A DNA stretch of 64,000 bases from Escherichia phage alia. Below are positions 44,493-53,849 of the stretch, piece after piece. The notes beneath the pieces were generated by a model that ran no database searches, had not been told where the DNA came from, and saw nothing but the letters and a program-made list of their open reading frames with translations. The stretch's first letter is position 1; each line of letters opens with the position of its first letter. The stretch is from sequence record NC_052655.1; one strand, 5' to 3'. The translations under genes were made by a program, and so were the position numbers.

Positions 44493-45155
44493 TTATTTAA
44501 TATTCAATTTTGCACAAAGACGTTGTACCGCTTTGGCATCGAACAAACTCCCACGAATAGTTCTCTTTCCTGATTCATTCAGATGCTTTGCAATCGTCAT
44601 ATATGGCGTTTTACAAGCTCTGTATGCAACTAAAGAATCTTTTAAAGAAAGTGCAAACTCTTTTGAGCGTTTTGCTTCTTCCGTTTTCGTATAATCTGTT
44701 CTTTTGTATTTAGGGTTTGCTGCACCAAGAAGCGTTCCCTTCGCTTTTGCTACCTTAAGGCTCTTCTTAACACGATCAGATATTGCACGAGCCTCTTCTT
44801 CTGCCAGAACTGCTAAAATATTTATTATCATATTTTCAGCGGAGGGCATAGTGGCTATCCGTACATTAATCATCTCTAACAAGGTTGCAACAGAAGCTGT
44901 GTTACGTCCAAGACGGTCAACCTTAGCAACAACAAGTGTAGCACCTGTTTCTTTGCAAAGATTAACAGCTTTTACAAGCTCTCTACGTTGCTTCCAATCG
45001 CCTTTACCAGAATAAAACTCTGCAAAGCTACCTACAATAGTATAATTTTCTTGTGAATCCAGGAAGCGTTGGATATCTGCTTCCTGTGATTCTATACCAT
45101 ACTGGTTGCCTTGTTGTTTCTTCTTAGAAAGTCGATGATACAGTACAAACTTCAT
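44493..45155 (-). CDS. serine recombinase (resolvase/invertase family)
   Basis: Track ORF trimmed to Met19 with AGGAGGG RBS; YHRLSKKKQ catalytic-Ser region, VAKVDRLGRN, C-terminal HTH-like tail. Confidence 0.7.
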   Translation of the reverse strand: MKFVLYHRLSKKKQQGNQYGIESQEADIQRFLDSQENYTIVGSFAEFYSGKGDWKQRRELVKAVNLCKETGATLVVAKVDRLGRNTASVATLLEMINVRIATMPSAENMIINILAVLAEEEARAISDRVKKSLKVAKAKGTLLGAANPKYKRTDYTKTEEAKRSKEFALSLKDSLVAYRACKTPYMTIAKHLNESGKRTIRGSLFDAKAVQRLCAKLNIK

Positions 45156-45212
45156 AATACCCTCCTGTTCTGTTGCAGGAAGTATGCACGACCTTAACGC
45201 TAAAGTCAACAG

Positions 45213-45416
45213 TTAAGTAGTGGTAATATCATCTTCTTGAATATCAGGGTCAACTTCTGCAAAGATAGCCTCTACAGGAATTTCTTCACCTGCTATTCTA
45301 GAAAGAAGCACTGAACCAATAGCTTTTGCGTGTTCTTCGGATTCCGCATAAACATTAGTTCCTGTGTCTTTTTTCTTAGTTTCGTTAAAATATACCAGAT
45401 AGTAATTGTATGCCAT
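45213..45416 (-). CDS. hypothetical small protein
   Basis: Track ORF 67 aa. Confidence 0.45.
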   Translation of the reverse strand: MAYNYYLVYFNETKKKDTGTNVYAESEEHAKAIGSVLLSRIAGEEIPVEAIFAEVDPDIQEDDITTT

Positions 45417-45667
45417 TATTCATCCCAATCGTTGTTGCGAGCACTTTCAAGAACCTTGACAACTTCTGCGTACTCTACAGCTAAACCAGCACACACTTCA
45501 GCTTGTTTTGCAATTGCTTGCTTAAAGAACATAGCGATTGCAACACTCTGTGTTGTGTGAATGTTATCTGCTTTAGTTGATACATGAAGATCAAAATCTT
45601 CTTCATCAAAGGTGAGTTCCATAGTAACAATAAATTTCTCGGTCATAAAAATGCTCCTCTTAAACAA
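45416..45667 (-). CDS. hypothetical small protein
   Basis: Track ORF 83 aa. Confidence 0.45.
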   Translation of the reverse strand: MFKRSIFMTEKFIVTMELTFDEEDFDLHVSTKADNIHTTQSVAIAMFFKQAIAKQAEVCAGLAVEYAEVVKVLESARNNDWDE

Positions 45668-46169
45668 AATAGAAAGGTTGAGTTAAACCCAGCCTGTTTT
45701 TTGGGTCGTAGACGTACCAAGCATATGCTGTCTTATCAGTACCACCTGCAACAAAAGATGGTCGTTCAGAAAGAACAATCAAATTTGTTGGTGGGTTCTG
45801 TTTATGGAATTCCCTTCGTTTAATAGACTCTAGGAATCCAAGACGCAACAAGTATATGCAAACGTCTGCTTCTTTTAAGCTCTTTTGCAAGAACTCAAGT
45901 GCAAGTCTGAATGGTGGATTTGTGATTATAATATCCGGCTTAGTATGCCATTCGTGGTTAAAATAATCCTTCCCCTCTTCTAACTCACAATATTCTGATC
46001 CTTCTGGAAAATGTTGATAAATTGCAGCAGCAGCGCCTTTACACGGTTCTGCAAAAATAAAACCTTCTTCTTTAAGGTTATTAAAATCTATTACACTAAA
46101 TAATGCATTTATACATTTTTGTGGAGTAGGATAGTAATCAGTTGGTGGACGATCATACTTATTTGCCAC
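45660..46169 (-). CDS. putative small DNA methyltransferase (NPPF motif)
   Basis: IIITNPPF catalytic-type motif; short 169 aa. Confidence 0.5.
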   Translation of the reverse strand: MANKYDRPPTDYYPTPQKCINALFSVIDFNNLKEEGFIFAEPCKGAAAAIYQHFPEGSEYCELEEGKDYFNHEWHTKPDIIITNPPFRLALEFLQKSLKEADVCIYLLRLGFLESIKRREFHKQNPPTNLIVLSERPSFVAGGTDKTAYAWYVYDPKNRLGLTQPFYFV

Positions 46170-46587
46170 TACTTAAAATCTCCTCTTTTGTGATTTCAGG
46201 GTTTTCTTCAAAAACCATAATATCTCTTAAGAATGTTAATTCTTCCATAGATACTGGTATTGTATCTTCTTCTGTTTTTCGTTTACATAAGTCGTCAAGA
46301 AAGTTTTTAACGCTTTCTGACACATCGTAAAATTTCAACAGTTGATAATCACAGGAGGAGATCCTATCTAGTTCTAACATTCTTTCTAAGATATTTTCTG
46401 TGTTGCCGTACAACACACGAACTTCTCCGAAAGGGTTGACTAAATATTGTGAAGTTCTGAACCATCCCTTTTTAGATACAGTGTAACGCTGTTCTGCTAA
46501 ACTTTCAATAAAATTTTTAGCCCTTTTACAGTTTTGTTCTAAAGAGTAGTAGGCTTTTTCTACAAAGATTACAGGTACTGGTAACAT
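46159..46587 (-). CDS. hypothetical protein
   Basis: Track ORF 142 aa. Confidence 0.5.
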   Translation of the reverse strand: MLPVPVIFVEKAYYSLEQNCKRAKNFIESLAEQRYTVSKKGWFRTSQYLVNPFGEVRVLYGNTENILERMLELDRISSCDYQLLKFYDVSESVKNFLDDLCKRKTEEDTIPVSMEELTFLRDIMVFEENPEITKEEILSSGK

Positions 46588-46626
46588 ATCTCCTCCTAAT
46601 AACCCCGTGAGGGGGTTTATGTTAGA

Positions 46627-47280
46627 TTAATTATCAGAGGATACTTTATCAAGTTTTTCAGAGACTGTCAATACTTTTTCTTGTGATTCTTTCATTTCTG
46701 CTAAAATACTTTCAGCTTCATCACTATCAGGATCACCAGTCAACAGCATACTAATTAGTTGCTCCTTGCTGAAGTTCAGAATATCTTCCGCTGTTAGCTC
46801 CAGTTGTTCTTCGATCTCTTCGACAAAAGTTTCACCGCCTGAAAAAGCATCTCGTAGTTTTGCAACTTCCATCGCTTCTTCTGGGGTTGCCCCAGCGTCT
46901 AAAGCTGCTAAAGCAAAATCTGCCCCACTACCAACAGCATAGTAATCTTCAGTTAAAGGATATGCTCGCGTTGGATTATTACCCTCGTGCATATAAATTT
47001 TACCGTCTGGGTGAACAACCAATGCCACAAACTCTTCATCTTCTTTATCAGGATCTGACTGGATCACCAAACCTGGGATTGTCTCTTGTGCTGCCTGGCA
47101 CTGTAAGTTTTGTTCGAACCAAGAAAAGAAAGTCAGGATAGAAGACAGACGTCCTGCACCACCAACAAGGTAATCCCCAATTTTACGCACTTTCTTGAAA
47201 TTTAAAGTGTCTACTCGATTACCTACTGTTACTTTACCATCAGATAGAATTTTGTTATGTGTTGCAATAATTGTTGTCAT
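46627..47280 (-). CDS. HslV-like Ntn-hydrolase peptidase (proteasome beta fold)
   Basis: N-terminal MTTIIAT (Thr after Met), GNRV..FKKVRKI, GGAG, AVGSGADFALAA align with HslV landmarks; acidic C-terminal extension. Confidence 0.6.
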   Translation of the reverse strand: MTTIIATHNKILSDGKVTVGNRVDTLNFKKVRKIGDYLVGGAGRLSSILTFFSWFEQNLQCQAAQETIPGLVIQSDPDKEDEEFVALVVHPDGKIYMHEGNNPTRAYPLTEDYYAVGSGADFALAALDAGATPEEAMEVAKLRDAFSGGETFVEEIEEQLELTAEDILNFSKEQLISMLLTGDPDSDEAESILAEMKESQEKVLTVSEKLDKVSSDN

Positions 47281-47771
47281 TGTACTTCCTCCTGTAGTGT
47301 TTTAAGGACTGCTTTACCACCGCTTACATACTTACGTAGGTAATCAATAGCTCTTAGTGTTTCTTTATCCACAAGAATCTTATTAGTTCTTGTCAATGGG
47401 TGATTCAGTAAGTCACTGCAATTTCTTACTAACATAGATTTCTTGTGAAAGATACTGCTAAGAAAAAGAAGTTTAGAATCTTCTTCATCAATCAGGAGTA
47501 GTTCTGAATTAGACCCAGCTACATTTATTATACACTCAAACAAGCCTTCTTGACTATCAGATAATTCCTGGTAATATTTAGTTAGCCAATCCTCTCCTTT
47601 TAACCAACTAAAAAACATCTGAACTTTTTGCAAAGTTGTCATGTTCTCTAAACGAAGAGATATTTCTTTTTCAATCTTGTCAATATAAATCTGTCTAAAC
47701 TCATTCGGCTTAACTAAGCCAGCTTGATAGCATTCATCAATACCATTGCGATCAATCTCAATTAGCGTCAT
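47277..47771 (-). CDS. hypothetical protein
   Basis: Track ORF 164 aa. Confidence 0.5.
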   Translation of the reverse strand: MTLIEIDRNGIDECYQAGLVKPNEFRQIYIDKIEKEISLRLENMTTLQKVQMFFSWLKGEDWLTKYYQELSDSQEGLFECIINVAGSNSELLLIDEEDSKLLFLSSIFHKKSMLVRNCSDLLNHPLTRTNKILVDKETLRAIDYLRKYVSGGKAVLKTLQEEVQ

Positions 47772-47807
47772 TTAACCTCCATAACAGGCATCCTTGCCTT
47801 GTAATTA

Positions 47808-48560
47808 TTAATATACTTCCGTGATGAACTGAGACAAACGGGAACGTTGGTTATCAGCAGTTGTCATTTCAACATAACCAATAAAATCTACAATAGCTTC
47901 CCTTTCTCCTTCTTCGTTAATAGGAACAACACGATCTAACAAATCACCTAACCCGTTAGCTCTTCGTTTAATTGCATATGTTTGATTAACATCACCCATA
48001 ATGACAATACGTGTATTAAGACCTGCTCGCTCAAGGAGAAGTTTTACTGTGTTTGGTGACATAAGTTGAACTTCATCAATAAGAATAATGCTGTTATCCC
48101 ACGTAGCACCTAGTGCATAGTTCGGAATATTAAGTTCAATTTTTCCACTTGCAATATCGTTTTCCAATTTATTTGCAGTCATAAACTGTTGGAAAATTCT
48201 TTTAGTTGACTCGTAGTGTGCTGCTAGTTTATCAGTCTTATCTCCAGATAAGAAACCGATTTGGTCATCACCTACTTCTGTCGGGTTTTTAAGGAAAATC
48301 AACTTTCTGAAGTCACCAGCTTTAAGCATTTGCAATGCTTTCCATAGTGCTGTTGTCGTTTTTCCTGTTCCTGCTGGGGCATTAACAATGGTTAAATCAT
48401 TCCAAACCATGCTTCTTACAATAGCTTCTTGATTCCCAACAGGGGTAAATTCATCAAGACGGTAATCATCATTTCCTACTGCTTTAGCCGCATAACGACT
48501 GGCACGTTTGTCATCATTGGCTGCTGATTGACGACGAGCCTTTGCGGTTTTATTTCCCAT
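47808..48560 (-). CDS. phoH: PhoH-like ATPase
   Basis: Walker A GTGKTTTAL; PhoH-like length and layout. Confidence 0.75.
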   Translation of the reverse strand: MGNKTAKARRQSAANDDKRASRYAAKAVGNDDYRLDEFTPVGNQEAIVRSMVWNDLTIVNAPAGTGKTTTALWKALQMLKAGDFRKLIFLKNPTEVGDDQIGFLSGDKTDKLAAHYESTKRIFQQFMTANKLENDIASGKIELNIPNYALGATWDNSIILIDEVQLMSPNTVKLLLERAGLNTRIVIMGDVNQTYAIKRRANGLGDLLDRVVPINEEGEREAIVDFIGYVEMTTADNQRSRLSQFITEVY

Positions 48561-48573
48561 GTTTGCACTCCTT

Positions 48574-48598
48574 ATAAAAGGGGCTTTCGCCCCTTTGT
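48574..48598 (-). terminator. rho-independent terminator (leftward)
   Basis: AAAGGGGCGAAAGCCCCTTTT on minus strand after lysozyme stop. Confidence 0.6.
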
Positions 48599-49099
48599 TT
48601 AGTTATAAGCGTCTAATGTTCCAGTTTTAAGCACCTGAATTACACGCTCTGCGCGATTAGGCGTTTGGCGATACCATTTACTTTTACGTAAATTTATAGA
48701 GGCTTGAGTATAATATGAATTACTCACTAAAGTCAAGCTATTTTTGAAAGATTCTGCACCTTTCAATCCCATTTGAAATACCATATTAATAATAGCCATT
48801 TTACGATTAGGACTTACTTTATCGTAAATAGGAGATAGTATGGTACTTGAATGGATTTGTTGTATCGCTTTCTTTACGTCACCCTCAAAGATTTTTCTAG
48901 CTTCCGCTTCAGTAATAACCCCATTAGTTTTTCTACCTACTAAGTTATCAAGAATGCGTATAGCTTCTGATTTATCTTTAAGTTTTGTCAGAAGGTGTCC
49001 AATACCAACCGTCCAATACCCTTCGGTATCAGTATATACAGTTAGCTTTAGTCCTTCATCAAAACGTAACATATCAAACACATCAACTACTTTAGCCAT
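48599..49099 (-). CDS. T4-type lysozyme (endolysin)
   Basis: N-terminal FDMLRFDEGLKLTVYTDTEGYWTVGIGHLL signature of T4 e-like muramidases. Confidence 0.8.
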   Translation of the reverse strand: MAKVVDVFDMLRFDEGLKLTVYTDTEGYWTVGIGHLLTKLKDKSEAIRILDNLVGRKTNGVITEAEARKIFEGDVKKAIQQIHSSTILSPIYDKVSPNRKMAIINMVFQMGLKGAESFKNSLTLVSNSYYTQASINLRKSKWYRQTPNRAERVIQVLKTGTLDAYN

Positions 49100-49111
49100 G
49101 TTTTCCTTATA

Positions 49112-49255
49112 TTAGTCGCCCTCCCCATGATCTAGCTCTTGAAACAGTAGGTGTTCAGGAGACATTTCACGTTTAGGCTTCGTCTTTTTAGTTTGGGACT
49201 TAAGCTCTGTTGCCAAAGCACGAGAAAAGATCTTACGTTTCTGTTTACCTTTCAT
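49112..49255 (-). CDS. hypothetical small basic protein (47 aa)
   Basis: Hand-called ORF MKGKQKRKIFSRALATELK.. with GGAG RBS. Confidence 0.35.
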   Translation of the reverse strand: MKGKQKRKIFSRALATELKSQTKKTKPKREMSPEHLLFQELDHGEGD

Positions 49256-49259
49256 ATTG

Positions 49260-49526
49260 TTACTCCGCAATCTGAGCCATGAATTCACGTAGTTCAGAAA
49301 AACCTCCTACGTGGGTTAGCTGTTCACCATCTTCCACAAAAATCTGAGGGAATGTGCGTGGTAGAACACCTGTTTTCTCTAAAACCAGATTCTGAAGCTG
49401 ATCTAAAGAATAGTCTTCATCTAAGGTAAGATATTTAAAATCCTGTTCACGCTGTTCCAGTAGAATCTTAGCGTTAGTGCAGAAAGGACAATTTGGTTTA
49501 CCGTAGATAATAAAATTCATTTTCAC
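49260..49526 (-). CDS. glutaredoxin-like protein
   Basis: CPFC active-site motif near N-terminus; 88 aa. Confidence 0.7.
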   Translation of the reverse strand: MKMNFIIYGKPNCPFCTNAKILLEQREQDFKYLTLDEDYSLDQLQNLVLEKTGVLPRTFPQIFVEDGEQLTHVGGFSELREFMAQIAE

Positions 49527-50353
49527 TCCTTGTTTAAAAGTATAGTTAAAGTTCTTACAATACCGCTATCAACACTTCGCGGATTTAAAGTAGGATCTGT
49601 TTTTAAATAAGATGTTGCTGGTCTGACTGCTTTAGAATTATAGGTTGAAGCAGATACAGGATTAACTGTAACAGATAAATCTATAACAAGAAATATCTTA
49701 CGTGCAAAATCATACCAAGAAATATAATCTGCACCTGCATAGTGTACAATTTTACTATTTACACCATCTTTTACAAGTTTAAAAATTGTTTCTGCCAGAT
49801 CAGGTGCATAAGTAGGACATGATAAATGATCACATACTACATTAAATTCTTTTTGACCACCGTTGTAGCGTTCCAACATAGTTTTCAAAAAGTTATGTCC
49901 AAATTCACTATAAACAGAAGCTGTTCTGATAATAAGTGCTGTAGGACAAACTGTTTGTACTAAAGTTTCACCTAATTGTTTACTGTAACCGTAGGTGTTC
50001 AAGGGGTTTGTTTCACTATCTTCTGTGCCAGCAACATGCCCATCAAAAACATAGTCTGTTGAAATATGTACAAACTGTATCAGTAAATCATTACATGCTT
50101 TGGCAATGTTTGTTGCACCGTATGCATTAACATTTATACAGGTGTTAACATCTTCTTCAGCTTTATCTACTGCTGTGTAAGCCGCACAATTCACAACAAC
50201 ATCAGGCACATGCTGTACAAGACTATTCATAACATCTTTAAAGTTGGTAATGTCTACATCACTTGCTTCAATCAAAATAACATCTTCGGGCGCAACTTTT
50301 GCCAAAGACTGTCCTAATTGACCTTTTGAACCAAAGATTAAAAATTTTGTCAA
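49523..50353 (-). CDS. rmlD: dTDP-4-dehydrorhamnose reductase-like (RmlD-like) NAD(P)-dependent reductase
   Basis: N-terminal Rossmann FGSKGQLGQSL; position after rmlC; ATGA coupling. Confidence 0.6.
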   Translation of the reverse strand: MTKFLIFGSKGQLGQSLAKVAPEDVILIEASDVDITNFKDVMNSLVQHVPDVVVNCAAYTAVDKAEEDVNTCINVNAYGATNIAKACNDLLIQFVHISTDYVFDGHVAGTEDSETNPLNTYGYSKQLGETLVQTVCPTALIIRTASVYSEFGHNFLKTMLERYNGGQKEFNVVCDHLSCPTYAPDLAETIFKLVKDGVNSKIVHYAGADYISWYDFARKIFLVIDLSVTVNPVSASTYNSKAVRPATSYLKTDPTLNPRSVDSGIVRTLTILLNKE

Positions 50354-50904
50354 AATATGATCTCCTTTAGTGTTTTGGCTTGCTGATCTTTTTGTGACAA
50401 GATAGGTTTAAAATTAATATCATTAAAGATTAAATCAAAACCCCAATCTATATTGATATCTGGATCATTCCACGCAAGACTACACTCTGAAGTCGGATCG
50501 TAATATTCTGTACATTTATATTCAAAATCAGCAATGTCGCTAATCACAACAAAGCCATGAGCGAAACCAGGAGGAATCCAAAATTGTGTTTTATTCTTTT
50601 CAGATAAGAGAACACCTACCCATTCTCCAAATGTTGGACTACCAACCCTAATATCTACAGCAACATCATAAACTTCACCACGAACACAACGTACTAACTT
50701 CCCTTGTGGGTTTTTCTTTTGAAAATGAAGCCCACGTAGAACTCCTCGAATAGAACGTGAATGGTTATCTTGGACAAAGTTTTGTTTACCTATGTATTGA
50801 TCATATAAAGCCTGATTAAAACTTTCTAAGAAAAAACCACGTTCATCTCCGTAAACGTCAGGTTGAATGATCAACAAATCTTCGATTTTTGTTGCTTGAA
50901 TCAT
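50350..50904 (-). CDS. rmlC: dTDP-4-dehydrorhamnose 3,5-epimerase
   Basis: Cupin-type RmlC pattern (YGDERGFF, RGLHFQ, FAHGF); 184 aa. Confidence 0.75.
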   Translation of the reverse strand: MIQATKIEDLLIIQPDVYGDERGFFLESFNQALYDQYIGKQNFVQDNHSRSIRGVLRGLHFQKKNPQGKLVRCVRGEVYDVAVDIRVGSPTFGEWVGVLLSEKNKTQFWIPPGFAHGFVVISDIADFEYKCTEYYDPTSECSLAWNDPDINIDWGFDLIFNDINFKPILSQKDQQAKTLKEIIF

Positions 50905-50915
50905 TTAATTCCCCC

Positions 50916-51785
50916 TTATTTTAATTTAAGTAAATACTTACCGTAGTCTGTTTTACTTAAAACCTCTCCAGAACTTTTTACAGAGTCTAAAGTAATCCAT
51001 TCATTTTTAAAAGCAATCTCTTCTAGGCATGCAACCTTCATACCTTGTTGCTTTTCTATTGCATGAACAAATTGAGATGCTTCCATAAGACTTTCATGTG
51101 TTCCTGTATCCAGCCAAGTGAAACCTCTTCCTAGTTTACAGACACGTAAAGCCTTTTCTTTCCAGTACATCTCATTTATATCTGTAATCTCTAACTCCCC
51201 TCTAGCAGAAGGTTTAACGCTCTTAGCTTTCTGTATAACAGAATTATCGTAAAAGTACAAGCCTGTAATTGCATAGTTGCTTTTTGGTGCTTTTGGTTTT
51301 TCCTCAATACTCACCACTGTACCTTCAGAATCAAACTCAACAACACCAAATCTTTCAGGATCATTTACGTGATACCCAAAAATATTAGCTCCACCATTCT
51401 TTTCAATATGTTCTTTAGCAGAATCTAAAATGCTACCAAAACTCTGACCAAAGAATAAATTATCACCTAGCACAAGTGCTACAGAATCTTCACCAATAAA
51501 GTTCTCACCAATAATAAAGGCTTCTGCTAAACCTTTTGGACTGTTCTGTACTGCATACTGTAGGGAAACACCAAAAGAAGAACCATCACCTAAAAGATTT
51601 ACAAAATTAATTTGATCTTCTGGTGTTGTAATTATTAGTATTTCCCTAATTCCAGAAAGCATTAGGACAGAGAGTGGATAATAAATCATAGGCTTATCGT
51701 AAATTGGTAATAGTTGTTTACTAACCCCTTTAGTAACTGGGTAAAGTCTTGTTCCGCTACCACCTGCTAAGATAATACCTTTCAT
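50916..51785 (-). CDS. rmlA: glucose-1-phosphate thymidylyltransferase
   Basis: N-terminal [18 protein letters not shown] signature; 289 aa. Confidence 0.85.
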   Translation of the reverse strand: MKGIILAGGSGTRLYPVTKGVSKQLLPIYDKPMIYYPLSVLMLSGIREILIITTPEDQINFVNLLGDGSSFGVSLQYAVQNSPKGLAEAFIIGENFIGEDSVALVLGDNLFFGQSFGSILDSAKEHIEKNGGANIFGYHVNDPERFGVVEFDSEGTVVSIEEKPKAPKSNYAITGLYFYDNSVIQKAKSVKPSARGELEITDINEMYWKEKALRVCKLGRGFTWLDTGTHESLMEASQFVHAIEKQQGMKVACLEEIAFKNEWITLDSVKSSGEVLSKTDYGKYLLKLK

Positions 51786-51793
51786 ACTCCTCC

Positions 51794-52783
51794 TTAAACT
51801 TTATTTTCCCACCACTCTTTGTTATCTACATACCAATCAATGGTTGAATAAAGTTTTTCTTCAAATGTGCCTTTAGCTTTCCACCCTAATTCCTTTTCGA
51901 TCTTATAAGGATTCACTTCATATCTCAGATCATGCCCAGGTCTATCTGTAACCATCTCAATTAGGCTACAAGCATCTGTTTCAGATGGATACACCGCATC
52001 CATATAATCACAAATCATATAGATTACATCAATATTAGTTCTAGGGTTTCTGCTCCCAATATTATATGTTTCTCCAGATTTGCCTTTAGTTACTACTAGG
52101 TGTAATGCTTCTGCGTGATCGTCAACGTATAACCAGTCTCTTACTTGAAGACCATTGCCATAAACAGGGATTGGTTTATTCATCAAGATATTTGTTATCG
52201 TTTTAGGTATTAGTTTTTCTGGATGATGATATGCTCCAAAATTATTTGAACAATTTGTTAGAACTGTCGGAATACCATAAGTACGATGCCACGCTCTTAC
52301 CAAATGATCGCTTGCTGCCTTAGATGCAGCATATGGACTACTTGGCTTATAAGGATTCTGTTCTGTAAACGGATAATCCCCCTCTTCCATATCACCATAT
52401 ACTTCATCTGTTGAAATATGATGGAACATTTTAAGATTTGATTTATCTCCCATTAAACGAACAGCTTCTAGGAGATTAAATGTCCCAACAATATTTGAAT
52501 TTATAAAAACACTCGGTGATGCTATTGAATTATCTACGTGACTTTCTGCTGCAAGATGCATTATATAATCTGGATTAACATCTGCCACAATCTTAGCAGT
52601 TAACTGCGCATTTGTCAAGTCAACACGACAAAACTTTACATTGGGTGTTTCTGATAAATTTCTAGGGTCTGAAGCGTAACCCCATTTATCTATAACGTAA
52701 ATATCATTTTTAGTATTTTTAGCCAGGAAACGAACTACCGCACTTCCAATAAAGCCTAAACCACCTGTTACTAAGTATTTCAT
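51794..52783 (-). CDS. rmlB: dTDP-glucose 4,6-dehydratase
   Basis: N-terminal [13 protein letters not shown] Rossmann motif, YAASKAASD catalytic YxxxK; 329 aa. Confidence 0.85.
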   Translation of the reverse strand: MKYLVTGGLGFIGSAVVRFLAKNTKNDIYVIDKWGYASDPRNLSETPNVKFCRVDLTNAQLTAKIVADVNPDYIMHLAAESHVDNSIASPSVFINSNIVGTFNLLEAVRLMGDKSNLKMFHHISTDEVYGDMEEGDYPFTEQNPYKPSSPYAASKAASDHLVRAWHRTYGIPTVLTNCSNNFGAYHHPEKLIPKTITNILMNKPIPVYGNGLQVRDWLYVDDHAEALHLVVTKGKSGETYNIGSRNPRTNIDVIYMICDYMDAVYPSETDACSLIEMVTDRPGHDLRYEVNPYKIEKELGWKAKGTFEEKLYSTIDWYVDNKEWWENKV

Positions 52784-52977
52784 TTAGTCTCCTTCCAATT
52801 ATTCCCTTCAGTAAAAATAATACCTTCATAAAACAACCATCTGGAACCTTTTTCAACAGGAACAGGAATCTCTTCTTCAGTAAAGTTATAAACCTCTCTA
52901 GCATCTTCTAAAAGTGATGCAAATGTTTTTGGACTTACTGTTACGCGAGGAGCATTGATCAGTTGATCTAGCATCAT
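52780..52977 (-). CDS. hypothetical small protein
   Basis: Track ORF trimmed to Met32 with AAGGAGG RBS. Confidence 0.45.
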   Translation of the reverse strand: MMLDQLINAPRVTVSPKTFASLLEDAREVYNFTEEEIPVPVEKGSRWLFYEGIIFTEGNNWKETK

Positions 52978-52990
52978 TCTACTATCCTCC

Positions 52991-53317
52991 TTACCAAACG
53001 TGTTGAGAAATAATAGTTTCCGTTTCAATGTTATATTTTTCAAGAAGTTGTGCGTAGGCTTCTTTTGCATTCTTATTTAGTTGCTCAAGATCTACAGCTA
53101 TACTTCCTTCGCCACCTTCTAAATAAATGCCATATATGCAATAAGATTCATCAGCATCATAGAAAGGAGAGATACGGCTTAAATCAAGACCTTCTTGTAA
53201 GAACCAATTAAGATCTCCATCAAATTCTTCTTCAATTCTAGGATCTTCTCCTACAGCCTCTTCCCATTTATTAAAAGGTGCACCCTGTAACATACGCCAT
53301 GCAATATCAACCCCCAC
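52991..53317 (-). CDS. hypothetical acidic protein
   Basis: Track ORF 108 aa; GTG start after GAGGAGG. Confidence 0.45.
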   Translation of the reverse strand: MGVDIAWRMLQGAPFNKWEEAVGEDPRIEEEFDGDLNWFLQEGLDLSRISPFYDADESYCIYGIYLEGGEGSIAVDLEQLNKNAKEAYAQLLEKYNIETETIISQHVW

Positions 53318-53453
53318 TATCTTCCTCCTCTTCTTTTTCTTCTATATGAACGAAACCTAAACCGTTACAATTCCAACAAGGAATAAATTGTTCCATACTA
53401 ACAATAAAATTCCCAGTGCCGCCGCAGATAGGACAAATACTTACATCGTCCAT
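53307..53453 (-). CDS. small zinc-ribbon-like protein (48 aa)
   Basis: Hand-called ORF MDDVSICPICGG..CWNCNG with GGAG RBS and acidic tail. Confidence 0.4.
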   Translation of the reverse strand: MDDVSICPICGGTGNFIVSMEQFIPCWNCNGLGFVHIEEKEEEEDSGG

Positions 53454-53455
53454 TA

Positions 53456-53638
53456 TTAAAGCTCCTCAATCTTTTCTAACATCTGTTTTAACTCATTCTC
53501 TGTTAACAGAATTTCTGTGATACCATCATAAGTTTCTACCATCAGAGTAAAACATTTCTCTCCATCTGAACACACAAAAGCACCACCTTCATCTTCTGTT
53601 AAGTCAGAATTAATATCTACATCAACAAAATCAATCAT
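53456..53638 (-). CDS. hypothetical small protein
   Basis: Track ORF trimmed to Met9 with AAAGGAGAAAAAG RBS. Confidence 0.45.
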   Translation of the reverse strand: MIDFVDVDINSDLTEDEGGAFVCSDGEKCFTLMVETYDGITEILLTENELKQMLEKIEEL

Positions 53639-53849
53639 CTTTTTCTCCTTTGATAATTTCAAACTTGGCTACACCATTAACTATAATATGACCGCAAGAC
53701 ATAACTCCTAGCCAATGATCACCATTCTTTTTTAAACGTTTGCCGTAAACATCACAGAAACCATTCTGTAATTCGGAAGCCTCATAAGAGGCTCCCTTTT
53801 CGAAAACGTCTTTGAAGTCAGAAATTAATCCAACACAAAGTAGTTTCAT
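53631..53849 (-). CDS. hypothetical small protein
   Basis: Track ORF 72 aa; start abuts nrdB stop. Confidence 0.45.
   Translation of the reverse strand: MKLLCVGLISDFKDVFEKGASYEASELQNGFCDVYGKRLKKNGDHWLGVMSCGHIIVNGVAKFEIIKGEKDD

Noticed and set aside
44493-45155. Integrated prophage with attachment site
   Set aside because: Recombinase is a small serine type in a virulent-style metabolic block; no repressor, tRNA or att-like direct repeats nearby.
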